Source of the DNA: Macrostomum hystrix
Taxonomy: Eukaryota > Animalia > Platyhelminthes
Reading direction: 5' to 3'
DNA: 64,000 nt
NCBI GenBank assembly: GCA_950097015.1
Contig: CATNEN010000038.1
Location: 12,276,001 to 12,340,000, forward strand
Positions 19,266 to 30,263 of this stretch are shown piece after piece (the first letter of the stretch is position 1; every line of letters begins with the position of its first letter). The position numbers and the translations under genes were made by a program. The notes below the pieces were generated by a model that saw only the letters and a list, made by a program, of their open reading frames with translations, had not been told where the DNA came from and ran no database searches.

Positions 19266-21073
19266 TCCAGGACGATGACTTCACTGCTTTAACGGTTGGT
19301 CTGAGAAGCAAAAAAAACCTACATGTGCCAGTTTAGCTCGTTTAATTTTGTAGTTTAAGTTCATTTGTGTTAAGCGGTTGAAAGTGTGCCTACTCAAATT
19401 TCAACAAATTTTAGTGCAATAACTTATTATATATAAGGTCCTTTTGTAATAAAAGGCCGTTTTTAAAGAAATGATTCACTCGTATTACTTTGTTCAAATT
19501 AAAGCAAACGTAAAAGTATTTCGTCGTTCGAAATTATTTACTTCATTATTTCAATAGAAACAAACAAAATAAACGACATTCCAAGCGGAACCTTCTGACC
19601 ATGCTGCAGCTACCTATTGAGAGCACAAAGGAATAATAGATCAGTCATCTTGTAAGCTAGTTAAGCTTGAGGCCTATCAGTAAGCAACCGAATTTACTTT
19701 TTCATAATGTATTTTAATGAAAAGTCGTCTATGGCTAAAAAGCTTTCTTTAAACTTGTCACGACCTTAATTACGACCGGGGCTAATTGAGCAATCGTATC
19801 GTCTATGGGTGGAATTATAACAGCTCAAAACTTTTAAAACCATGCACTCACTATAAATAGTTGTCTATGACCTAAAACGGCCAGAAGTGTGCGTTATCTT
19901 GTATACTTCAATATTCTTAGCTTGTTGTCTATGATGAAAAATGGTTTAATTACCAAGTTAGTTATAATATATTCTACCATGAAGTGCTTGCAGTACTTGA
20001 CCGCATGCAACTTGTGTACTTCCTTAGACTGAATGCATATGGCTTTTTTATACTAAATACTCATGAATGCCTTTTTGTGAGCAAGTGATATATAAATTAT
20101 AAATAAAATATAATTATACTCGTACAATTAACTTTAAAAAGAAGTTCGACCTAAGCTATAAAAAAGTCCACTTGCTGCCAAACAATTTTCAGAAAGAAGC
20201 TGTGTAATTAAATATCGCGCAAACAATATGCTGTGTACTTTAGGATGTTGACGATATAGAAACAAGTAGGCATGCACATTTTACTATCGGCAAAAATGGA
20301 AGTTTTAATTTTAAGTAGAGGACAACGAACGATAGCAATAAAATTCGTTAATTTTGTCAAATTAGTTTGTTCGCATCTGCCTGAAAATCTAATTACGCGA
20401 CACAATCGGCGTATTGTATATCACAACCATTCAGCTTTGGGTTGTTACACCCGAGTCCAAAAAGGATATTCAGTTTATAGCAGCAAATTAATTCTGTGCT
20501 CTTATCAAATGAATGGGACTGTACAAACACAATGCCATTTGCAGCTGCTGGAAGCGAGACTAATGCTCACCTGCATGCGGCCGCAAAAATAGTTGTCGGA
20601 ACGAAGAACAAAAAAGTGGCCATAAAAAATCTACCGCCGGCTATACAAAACGGCCCCCCAGTGCCGATGAATGAGAACTCGAGAATGGCCTGAGAACACA
20701 ATTGCCTCGTTGTTCTGCAACCAATAATAGTTCGCCTGCTGCACTGCACAGGCGCTGAGAGCAGACAACTTTTTTATTCGTCTGAGCACACACAGACGCA
20801 GAAAAAAACACCCTTAATGTGTGGAGTCTGCAAGTACAGACCAATAGAGAGAGGATGGATAGGCATGTGATCATCTCAGGAACAAATATAGACCAAATGG
20901 CTAACGTCGGACTGTTTGCAATTCGCTTGAGTCGCACTTTCCTGGAGGTTCGAGACAGCAAATTGTTCTGGTAAGGCGCGCTGTCATTTAGTGTCGTTTT
21001 CCGCGTTTTTTCGCAATGAATTTTCAAGAGCTTTAAAATAACTCTCGGTTTAACAGATTGGATAAACATCGAG

Positions 21074-21959
21074 ATGACGGACAGCTCCGAGTTACCCAAG
21101 CCCGTCGTGTCACCGAAGGAAATAACCTACCTAAAAGCGTCAAGTCCGCCCTATATTCAGAAGATCAACGGTGAAGATTTCGACGTTATCACCATCGTGG
21201 TGGACATTCCCGACGATGTCGGAAAGCCAGACACCTTCGTGTTCCTCGGCGAGGGCAACTTCACATTCAGCACCGCCTTCGCTTCTCGTCGCGAATCCTG
21301 GCAGGGCATTGTGCCCACCACCTTCGATCCGAGCGAGGCGACGCTGAAGAAGACCGTCAAGGACTGGGCGAGCACGTTGGACGCCTGCGCCAAAAACGCT
21401 ACCACGGACGACATGAAGAGTGAGATGAAATACTGGACGAAGTCGAAGCCACCGGTGCAGCGCCACCTGGACGCCACGAATCTCGGCGACCGAGCGGCCC
21501 TCTCAGCTCGACTCGGCATTCCAACGAACTCCACCATCACCTTCTGGTTCCAGGTATAATTGAATGGTAAAATTGTTAAGAAAAAATAGCAGGATGAACA
21601 TGAACATCTGAAAACCTTGGCATTTTCAGGGCCCTTGGAGCGAGGGCTTCCCTGGCGGTCAGATTAACTTTGTGAAGGCCTTCATGCACAGCGCTGCCGC
21701 GGTTCAGAACCACGGAGAGCTGCTGGTGATGGGCTTGTGCATCGACGAGGGCAAGAAGGCCCTAGCCGCCGGTGCCTCATCGCCTTACGTGCACTATTAC
21801 GGCCAGCTGCAGAGCGCCTGTCGCGAGTACTACGATTGTGTTGGCGCTGACCTGCTCTACGTTGGCGAGATGATTCGTCGCGGTTATCGGCATGAGGCGG
21901 CGGCCGGCGGAGTGCACTCGGAAAAGTTCGCGACTCTGCTGTTCCGCCGGAACGCGTAA
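21074..21959 (+). CDS. BMT5-like / DUF2431 Rossmann-fold methyltransferase-like protein, 2 coding exons
   Basis: Exons 21074-21553 and 21630-21959 (CAG|GTATAA...TTTTCAG|GGC, phase 0). Motifs FVFLGEGNFTFSTAFA, TTFD, HLDATNL, FWFQGPW and FVKAFMHSA parallel DUF2431 LLVGEGNFSFS..L / GVDAT / IFNFPH / FF.SA. Confidence 0.75.
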
Positions 21960-22580
21960 GAAGCGAGAGTTTAAATTGGGAGGAGGCCTTAGTGACAGTT
22001 GACCCGATGAAAGTTGGCTCATCGTTAAAGGCGGAATATTTTAATACAATGATGTATGATGACTTTCACGAAACTCGGTCATTCTGTTGAATGTTTTAAG
22101 TTGAATATCGCAGTTCTACTAAAAAAGTAACGATTAACTTTAATGGACTCAAGTTAACTAATTTTTCTTTTTTTAACGATCCCCGTCCCTTTGTTTAAGT
22201 GTTTAATGGAAGGACTCGATACGCTGTAAGAAAAACGTCAGTATTATACAGTATTATTCTTTTTTGTAGTAAATGATTTACAAAGGTGAGATTCACTATA
22301 GTGCTTACAATTCCACATTCCTGCCATTTCAGCCAATCAATCAGCGTTGAGTCCGCTCAGTAGTAAATATTGAAATGAAGTTGTGAAGTTACCAAGTCGT
22401 CAAGACGGATGACATGAACCAACACTAAAAAAATCACTTCGTTAATCTGTTGCGCCAGCCAAATCTGCTTTTGGTTTTTCTATTTTTTCGTGACACTTAA
22501 CAGACGCGAGACACTTTCTCGGTTTTAATGAAAATGGATTCGCTGGTATGACACTAACGACAATGAATATATTTTATTAC

Positions 22581-22800
22581 TAAGTGGCTAGAGCGTCGGG
22601 CTCATGACTTGAAAGTCGTGGGTTCGACTCCAGACTCCACTGGATAAATTTGTGTCCATTAGCAAGACATTGATGTCAGTTTCTAATGCTCCCTCACAGT
22701 CCATGGACTGAACAGCCGTACGCAGCCTTCAGATGCCCAGCGCAATAGCTGCGACTGTGCTTGAGGCTGCACATCTGGGCCAATCGGCTTAAAATAATTT
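22581..22800 (+). mobile_element. SINE family B (tRNA head + CORE-like domain)
   Basis: AGTGGCTAGAGCG (A-box), GGTTCGACTCC (B-box), then TGTGTCCATTAGCAAGACA and the family B 3' body. Confidence 0.85.
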
Positions 22801-23097
22801 GCTTATGCATGTGCAAGCCTTTTTTGCTCGTGTTTTCTTTAAAATAGCAAGAAAATTTAACTCTGCCGCTGACTATTATCTATGATTGTTATCAATATAA
22901 ACTTTTTGGGCTTCCAATAAAGGGATTCTACTAACAATGATTGCTAATTAAATCAAAATTTCATTGAATACGCACGCACAGGTGGACTTGCTGATAAAGA
23001 TGATGAAGAGCGCATAGAATTGAGCCAATTGACCCTGTTTGGCAGGGGCACTGATCAGCAACAATCTGCGATGATAAGTACAGATTTGTGGGCACGT

Positions 23098-23324
23098 ATG
23101 ACCAGTGTGTATGACCAGTGTGTATGACCAATGTGTATGACCAGTGTGTATGACCAGTGTGTATGACCAGTGTGCATGACCAGTGTGTATGACCAGTGTG
23201 TATGACCAGTGTGTATGACCAGTGTGTATGACCAGTGTGTATGACCAGTGTGCATGACCAGTGTGTATGACCAGTGTGTATGACCAGTGTGTATGACCAG
23301 TGTGTATGACCAGTGTGTATGACC
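23098..23324. repeat. 13-bp minisatellite (ATGACCAGTGTGT)
   Basis: About 17 tandem copies. Confidence 0.95.
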
Positions 23325-23680
23325 GGGGGTTGTAGCCACTTGTGGTTAGAGCGTCGGACTCACGAATTGAAGGTCGGGGGTTCGATTCCCGACTCCACTG
23401 AAACAATTTGTGTCCTTTAGCAAGATACTAATTAACTCTGGATTGCTTCAGTTCACCCAGCTGTTAAATTGATTCCAGCATTAGCTGGGGTAATTGAGGG
23501 TGGGTGTGGCGTCCCCCCAGTTCATGGACTGAAATGCCGTACACAGCCTTCAGATACGCCGCGCAATATAGCTGCGGCTGGGCTCTGTGTGCGTGTGTGC
23601 TCAAGAGTCAGCGAAATGGGCAGAATTGCCTCCTCGCTGGCTGTGGGTCTAGTGTCACCAAATGATGTGCTATTGCCTAC
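23325..23680 (+). mobile_element. Chimeric SINE: family B head/CORE (23325-23580) joined to family A 3' part (23584-23680)
   Basis: GTGGTTAGAGCG...GGTTCGATTCCC head and CORE-like segment, then TCTGTGTGCGTGTGTGCTCAAGAGTCAGCGAAATGGGCAGAATTGCC of family A in the same sense. Confidence 0.8.
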
Positions 23681-23939
23681 CTCATGTCTGATTAGCAATT
23701 GCTGACGCTAATAATTTGTTTTAGTTAATTTTGACTAATCGCCACTTCTTTGGTACGAAATCTTACTCTATGCTCCTTAATTCTGAGCATGAACCATTGT
23801 ACGGATGCACGCATCTAAACAAGTTTCTATTCCAAGGGCGCTTGTAAAGGGCCCTAGAAAAAGAAATTAACACGATTTGTTATGAACTGTTGAACAAACT
23901 TTCATTCCAAAGTAACCCGTATGCGAGTAGACGTCCTCA

Positions 23940-23975
23940 CCCTAACCCTAACCCTAACCCTAACCCTAACCCTAA
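23940..23975 (-). repeat. Interstitial telomeric repeat (TTAGGG)6
   Basis: Six perfect CCCTAA units on the plus strand. Confidence 0.9.
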
Positions 23976-24449
23976 CTCGAACTACAAGCTAGTTCAGTTA
24001 GGCTTTTCAATACCTTTTGTTACAAGCGTTGAAAATTAATTCTCACGTTTACATTAACAAATTGTGGAGAGGCCCAGTCACATTGGCTTCGTCTAAGACT
24101 GTTAGCAATGCAACAAACATAATAGAGGCTTTATCGACTTTCTCGCTAGCATGCGTCAATGTACGAGGTATGCAGTCGGGATAAAGTCAACTTCACCTGC
24201 AAAACCAGTTCAGATTCTGTAAACAGCATTACATTTTTGTATTACGACTTGCATTACGAATGAGTGCTGTTTTTACTGCTCTCTTGTCTCTCTCCTAGTT
24301 TGGGGGGGGTCGGTTTACAAAGCCGAATGTTAAATTTTTACAATGACGAAAGACAAACTCTTTTCACATCAAGCTCGAATTTTTACCAAACCGAAATTTC
24401 GAGGTCGTAAAAAATATAAAAAAGGGTTTTGTTAGTAAGAGGTAGACAA

Positions 24450-24830
24450 CATGCTGACAGCGCGGAAGCTCCGTTGCTTGCCCGTCAACGCCTCGACAGA
24501 AAATTGCGGCCTCGATGTCGCCCGGCACGCAAAGCAGTACGGACTACCAGGCCGACGCTCAGCAGGGCGAGGACAGCAGGGCGAGGTCGTCGGTGTAGCC
24601 AAGCACGCAAAACCGCATTTCCAGTTGACGTCGACCCACGCTTCGCCGCAGTAGAGATCTGGGACGAAGATCTACAGCGTCGCCGCGGGCTCGCCTGGGG
24701 CAGGCGGTCCTGCAGTCCGAGGCCCTACCTGATCAGCGGCGCTGTTCCAGGCGTTGGTCGAGACCATCCTGCTGTTCAGCGACGAGACCTGAACGCTGAC
24801 GGACTCGCTCGAAGAGCAAGTACTCGCTCA
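24450..24830. mobile_element. Degraded RTE-like LINE reverse transcriptase fragment with internal inversion
   Basis: Minus strand 24650-24450 encodes VLGYTDDLALLSS..SVGLV..CVPGDIEAAIFCRG..ELPRCQ. Plus strand 24665-24830 encodes EDLQRRRGLAW..VLQSEALPDQ..LFQALVETILLFSDET*TLTDSLEEQV (RTE-type post-RT motif LLY..ETWTLT). Confidence 0.75.
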
Positions 24831-26717
24831 ACCCCCCGGATAAAAAAATTAATCTTTTTTTAAAACGATATAAACGGGATAGCTTTTAACAATGTTCTAA
24901 ATTCGATTATGTCATAATTCGTTTCTTATTAGCAAGCAATGAGAACGCTGCACAAAGAAAATTTAATTTCCCAGTTCGACAAAAATTGGAGACAAATTAC
25001 AGAAAACTTAAGCAAGTTGAGTCACTTTTTTATTAATTTCGACCATTTTATCTAACCAATACTACTCCAATCGTTTAGACTAGCAAACCAAAAACATTTT
25101 TTATTATTATTAGGGTCATAGTTTGTTGCTTTTCGACAAATTGTTCTGTGGCAATGCCCATCATAAATCTATACAAAAATATAAAGTCAGTCAGAGTAGA
25201 GCTATAGGCTTTAGCAAATTTATTCTAGCTTCCTAGCCAACCAATGGATTGGACGACTAGTGATTGGCTACGGCGGGAATAGTTATATAGCCTAGTATGA
25301 GAGCAACCTCGTTATAGCTTTGTTGAGCAGAAATGACATTTTCAATCGGTCTTGTAGTAGACAGCAGTCAGTGAATTACAGATTCTATTCGTTTCAGATT
25401 AAGGACAGCTTCCACTTGGCTGATAGTTCTTTGTGTGTGCTTCTGCTTTCATTGTTCTTCTATTGGCACAAAGACCATTGTCTGACCCATCCATTACTTC
25501 GTTGCTCAATCGGAAGTATGTAAGTTGCGCTAATTTTAATGCAATCTACTTTAGTTTATAAATAACAGGAAAAAGTAACGGAAGTTATTCAAAGAAGTTT
25601 GATAGAAGTAGTTCTCAGTAAATTCAACTGTACGTTAACTAAATGTTTTATAAGCCCTTATGGCCAGTGCTTGTCACTTCAGTTAATTAGGAAAAGCCTC
25701 CACTTGTTTCATGATTAAATCGCTAGCAATTTAAGCAATTATTTGCCAACAATTTCTTTAAAGTTTCTCTGCTAAGCTGCCGAAAGTACATCTAATGTCT
25801 TTAGATGTACTAAGAGCTGGAAGGCACTCACTAAATTTGGGAAAATCAAAGCGCCTTGCCAGCGCAATCCGTGCAAAAGCTCTTTCTTCCTTCACTAGCC
25901 CGCAGGGGGAAGCTTTTTTAGAAGGCTGTTCAAAGGCTCGAAGCTTGTGAAGCTTGGCTTGTCGGAAGTGCGTCTTAAAAACTACTCAGCGCAGCTCACA
26001 GCTCCCAGTTCCGATCGTTGCAAACGAAAAGCCGCCGCGCGTCTGTGGTGAATCATCGCCACCTTCAAATCAAAGCTGCCCCAGGAAAGGAGCCACCACA
26101 GAAGACCAGAGAGTGACAGCGGATCTGCAGGCTGACTGAAGTGTGGCATCAGGCTTGTCAAGCCGTCTATGAAAGCCGACCCAGGCGGGCGATAATTATG
26201 TTTACATTGGGGAGCAACCGGAGGGAAGTACACCTTATGAAGTGAATGCGCACCTGCCTGCCTCGCAGTCTCCTCATCAAATTTGAGACTAATAAGGAAA
26301 GCAAGGCTGCCCGCCATTCTGTTTTAGTGGAATATCGATTAAATCTCAACGAATGAAGAGCAACGGCCTGGTCGGGCCTCCTGCGTTTGGTATCATTAAC
26401 TCGGGATTAATTTCAGATGCGCTGCTGATAAGGCGGCGAGTGGCGTGCCGGCAGTAGTCAGCAAAGCTCAGATTGGAAGTGCATTCCGTCGGTACCGACC
26501 AGCGGCGAGATCATTGATACTGAAATGCTACGTCCATACGGCTCCTGACAGTGTCACATGACAGAGACAAATGAAGGTGCCCCTCTCAGCTGCTGCTCTC
26601 TGCCCGCCTGTTGCAGACTCAGGAAGTGAATGAGTCGCCGCAAAGAATATCTAATTCCCTCTTCCGATTTTGTGTCTGCACTTATTCTCTTGCGGAAGAG
26701 GACAGCGAAAGCTGCTG

Positions 26718-27188
26718 CGAAGTAGCAGCAACAACACAAGCAGCAGCAACAGCAACACAAGCAGTAGCAACAACAACAACACAAGCAGTAGCAGAAGCAA
26801 CACAAGCAGCAGCAGCAGCAACACAAGCAGCAGCAGCAACACAAGCAGCAGCAGCAACACAAGCAGCAGCAGCAACACAAACAGTAGCAGCAGCAACACA
26901 AGCAGTAGCAGCAGCAACACAAGCAGTAGCAGCAGCAACACAAACAGTAGCAGCAGCAACACAAGCAGTAGCAGCAACAACACAAGCAGTAGCAGTAACA
27001 ACACAAACAGTAGCAGCAGCAACACAAGCAGAAGCAGCAACAACAACACAAGCAGTAGCAGCAACAACACAAGCAGTAGCAGTAACAACACAAGCAGTGG
27101 CAACAACAACAACACAAGCAGTAGCAGCAGCAACACAAGCAGCAGCAGCAACACAAGCAGCAGCAGCAACACAAGCAGCAGCAGCAAC
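26718..27188. repeat. (GCA/ACA/CAA/GTA)-triplet minisatellite, left part
   Basis: Units such as GCAGCAACACAAGCAGTA. The same array resumes at 30017. Confidence 0.9.
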
Positions 27189-30016
27189 GGGGACAAAGGA
27201 GCACCGTTCACGCCGGGTCCCTGAACAACTGGAGCAAGCTCCAGATGACTAATTGCTCTACCACTCAGACAAGCCTCCGCAACAAATACCGGACACTTCC
27301 ATTAACATTACCTGCCGAGGGGGACGAATTGCACCTCGTGCTGCGCCTTCGCGGTGGCGAGGCGCCACAAGCCAGCCGCCGCCGCCCACGGCGCCGCCGC
27401 CCCCACTGCCGCCAGCGACCCAGTGACGGGGAGGAGCCCGGCCATCTACTTCGTGTTCTGCAGTTCAACTGCAACGGCATCAAAGCCCGTTCCACGGAGT
27501 TGGCCGCGTGGCTCCACCGTCACAAACCAGCAGCGGCTCTCCTGCAGGAAACCAAGCTCAAGCCGGGGCAAACCTACCACCCACCGGAAGGGTACTGCGT
27601 CGCCGCACGCTGCGATGGCCTACCCAAGCCGGACCTGCTCCAGCCAGCCACCACACCGGACCAACCACTACCGTTAGACCAGTCAAGCATTGCCCCAGAA
27701 GCCGTGCACAGGCGCCAGCAAACCCGCCCACGGTGCCGCCTTCGGTGGCCGGACGGCAGGGCCACTGAGTGGTGTGCAGGCTGCCGCTCAGGCCGCTCAG
27801 CCTGCAACCGCCGCAACGAGCCGTGGCCGACCACACGGCCTACACCAATGCCACAGCAGCAGCCCGTCGTTGCCCTTGCAGCCGCGACCGCAGCGGCGCC
27901 CGAACGCCAAGCCGCCACCCGCCGCAACAAACAACCAGGCGCAGGTGCGGGGAGGGGGGGCACCCTCATTCTGGTCCGCTGCGATATCCCGTGCCAAGAG
28001 ACACCAAAACCGGACGATAGCTCCCGCGGCCTCCTTGACATTGCCACGACCATCATATCGCCCAGAAAGGACCACGACATCATGCTCTCGTCAGTCTACG
28101 CGCCACCAACCAGTGCCCAACGCCAGGACAACTGGCAACCGCCACTCCACCTGATCCCGCAGCACCACCGTTCGGTAATCGGAGGGGACTTTAACGGGCA
28201 CGGCACCTGGGACGCGTACCAAGAAGAAGATGAACGCGGACGGATCCTGGAGGCCTGGGCAGGTCTCAACCAGCTCACCATCGCCAACGACGGCAAGCAC
28301 ACCAGGACTAACCCGGCCACCGGGGGCCGATCCGCCCCGGACCTCACCTGGTGCTCCGCCGCGATGCACCGCACTGTCGCGAGCGACTGGCGCACTGAGG
28401 GGGAGGCCGGATCTGACCACCTGCCCATCAGTTTCCCACTGCTACGCCCCAGCGGAAACCGCCAGAGCCGCGGCGCCCCTCGCTGGAGCTTCGCCAAAGC
28501 AGACTGGGCAACTTTCAAGGACGAACTAACACAGCTGGACCTCGAAAGGGCGGCAACCCGCAGTGAAACTGCGGGTCTCGACCAGCTCCATAGTGAGCTC
28601 GGCCACGACATCCTGCGAGCCGCAGGACACAACATCCCACGCGGCGCCCGCCGTGGCCCACGCAAACCTTTCTGGACGGCGGACTGCGAGGCCGCCAAAA
28701 GCAGCTGCGCGCGTGCCCGCCTCGACGCGGAATCAGACCCAATCGAGGCCAAAATCGCAACTTACAGCACCGCTAGAGCCCACTACCACCGCACCATCCG
28801 GGAGGCTAAAAAGACCGCCTGGCAGGATCTGACGGCAGAGCTCGACGTCAACAGCGACCTATTCGGACTCCTCCGAAACATGTACGGCGACAGGCCACCA
28901 CCACGCTCAAGCGTCGCCATCGAGCGGACGCAAATAGGCGGACACCCGCCTAGCCGCCCAGCCCGGACCGACTTGGAAAAAGCAGAACTCTTCTGCCAAC
29001 TGTACAGCAGCGTATCACGCGTTGAACGCAGCACACAGGACCGCCCGATTAACCGGGAGGCGCACGCGGCCACGCATGCCGAGTGCCACTGCCAAAGGGC
29101 AGGCATGTGCGCACCCTTCACGTTGGTGGAGCCCCAAACGGCACTCCGGGCCCTCAAGCCCGGCAAATCACCAGGCCAAGACTCTATCCACAACAGCATG
29201 CTTAAGCACCTGCCGCCATCTACCCAAGACAGAGCGCTCAACCTCATCAACAAGTCGTGGCTGGAAGGCGCCTGCCCAACTCAGTGGCGACGCAGCCTCA
29301 TTGTCCCGATCCCAAAACGCGGCAAGGACGCCAACAAGCCGGACTCCTACCGCCCCGTTGCACTAACCAGCACGGTAGCCAAAGTAGCGGAGCGTATGGT
29401 CATGCTGCGACTGCGCCACTTCCTGGAGTCTAACAATCTACTATGCAACAGCCAGGCAGGCTTCCGCCAAAGACGCTCCACGGAAGAGCAGATCGGCCGA
29501 GTCTGCCAGGACAACTTGGACGCCCTGGAGCACCACCCAGCCCACCGAGCGATCCTATGCCTGCTGGACTTTAAGTGCGCCTACGATAAGGTGTGGCGCA
29601 AAGCCCTGCTCGCCAAACTCGCCCGGTTGGGCGTCCCAACCTGCACCATCCGGTGGATCCGCGGTTTCCTGACCGACCGGCGGGCCCAGGTCCGCTGGGG
29701 GCGCTGCGTAAGCAAAGAACGCATTTTCCGCGACGGCCTCCCACAAGGCAGCGTGATTGCCCCGCTCCTGTGGATCGCCTTTGTTAACGATCTCGAGGAT
29801 TGCATCACGCGGGCAGCCCCACTTTGCGCTTCGAGTCTTTTCGCCGACGACTCGGCTCTGCTGGCCACCGCCCGCAGCCTCGACGACTGTGCTCGCCTCC
29901 TCCAGCCAGCCCTGGACGCCGCGGCAGACTGGTGCCGCACCTGGAAGGTCGTACTGAGCACAAGCAAATGCGTCTATGGCACTTTCAGCCTAGATGAAAC
30001 AACAACCAGGGGGACA
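27189..30016 (+). mobile_element. Non-LTR retrotransposon (APE + RT, I/Ingi/Jockey-like group) with N-terminal ubiquitin-like segment; truncated at both ends
   Basis: ORF from 27245. APE motifs QFNCNGI, LLQETK, GGTLILVR, SVYAPP, GGDFNGH, PDLTW, SDHLPI. RT motifs KSPGQDSI, IVPIPK, SYRPVALTS, QAGFR, LDFKCAYDKV, GLPQGSVIAP, LFADD. Homology stops at about 29998 with no RNase H or 3' tail. Clade assignment is tentative. Confidence 0.93.
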
Positions 30017-30263
30017 CGCAGCAACAACAACACAAGCAGTAGCAGCAACAACACAAGCAGTAGCAGCAGCAACACAAGCAGTAGCAGCAGCAACACAAGC
30101 AGCAGCAGCAGCAACACAAGCAGTAGCAACAACAACAACACAAGCAGTAGCAGCAGCAACACAAGCAGCAGCAGCAACAACACAAGCAGTGGCAACAACA
30201 ACAACACAAGCAGTAGCAGCAGCAACACAAGCAGCAGCAGCAGCAGCATCAGCAGCAGCAGCA
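30017..30263. repeat. (GCA/ACA/CAA/GTA)-triplet minisatellite, right part
   Basis: Same units as 26718-27188. Confidence 0.9.

Noticed and set aside
22581-23400. tRNA genes at 22581 and 23325
   Set aside because: A/B boxes are present but run directly into a shared SINE body and lack a proper acceptor stem, so these are SINE heads.
27186-27224. 2A-like peptide (GDKGAPFTPGP) before the LINE ORF
   Set aside because: It lacks the D(V/I)ExNPGP consensus and is followed immediately by a stop.
26554-27224. Poly-Cys, poly-Leu and poly-Ser ORFs (also 29974-30361 and the Ser/Asn tail of the 1011-aa ORF)
   Set aside because: These are reading-frame artefacts of the triplet minisatellite.
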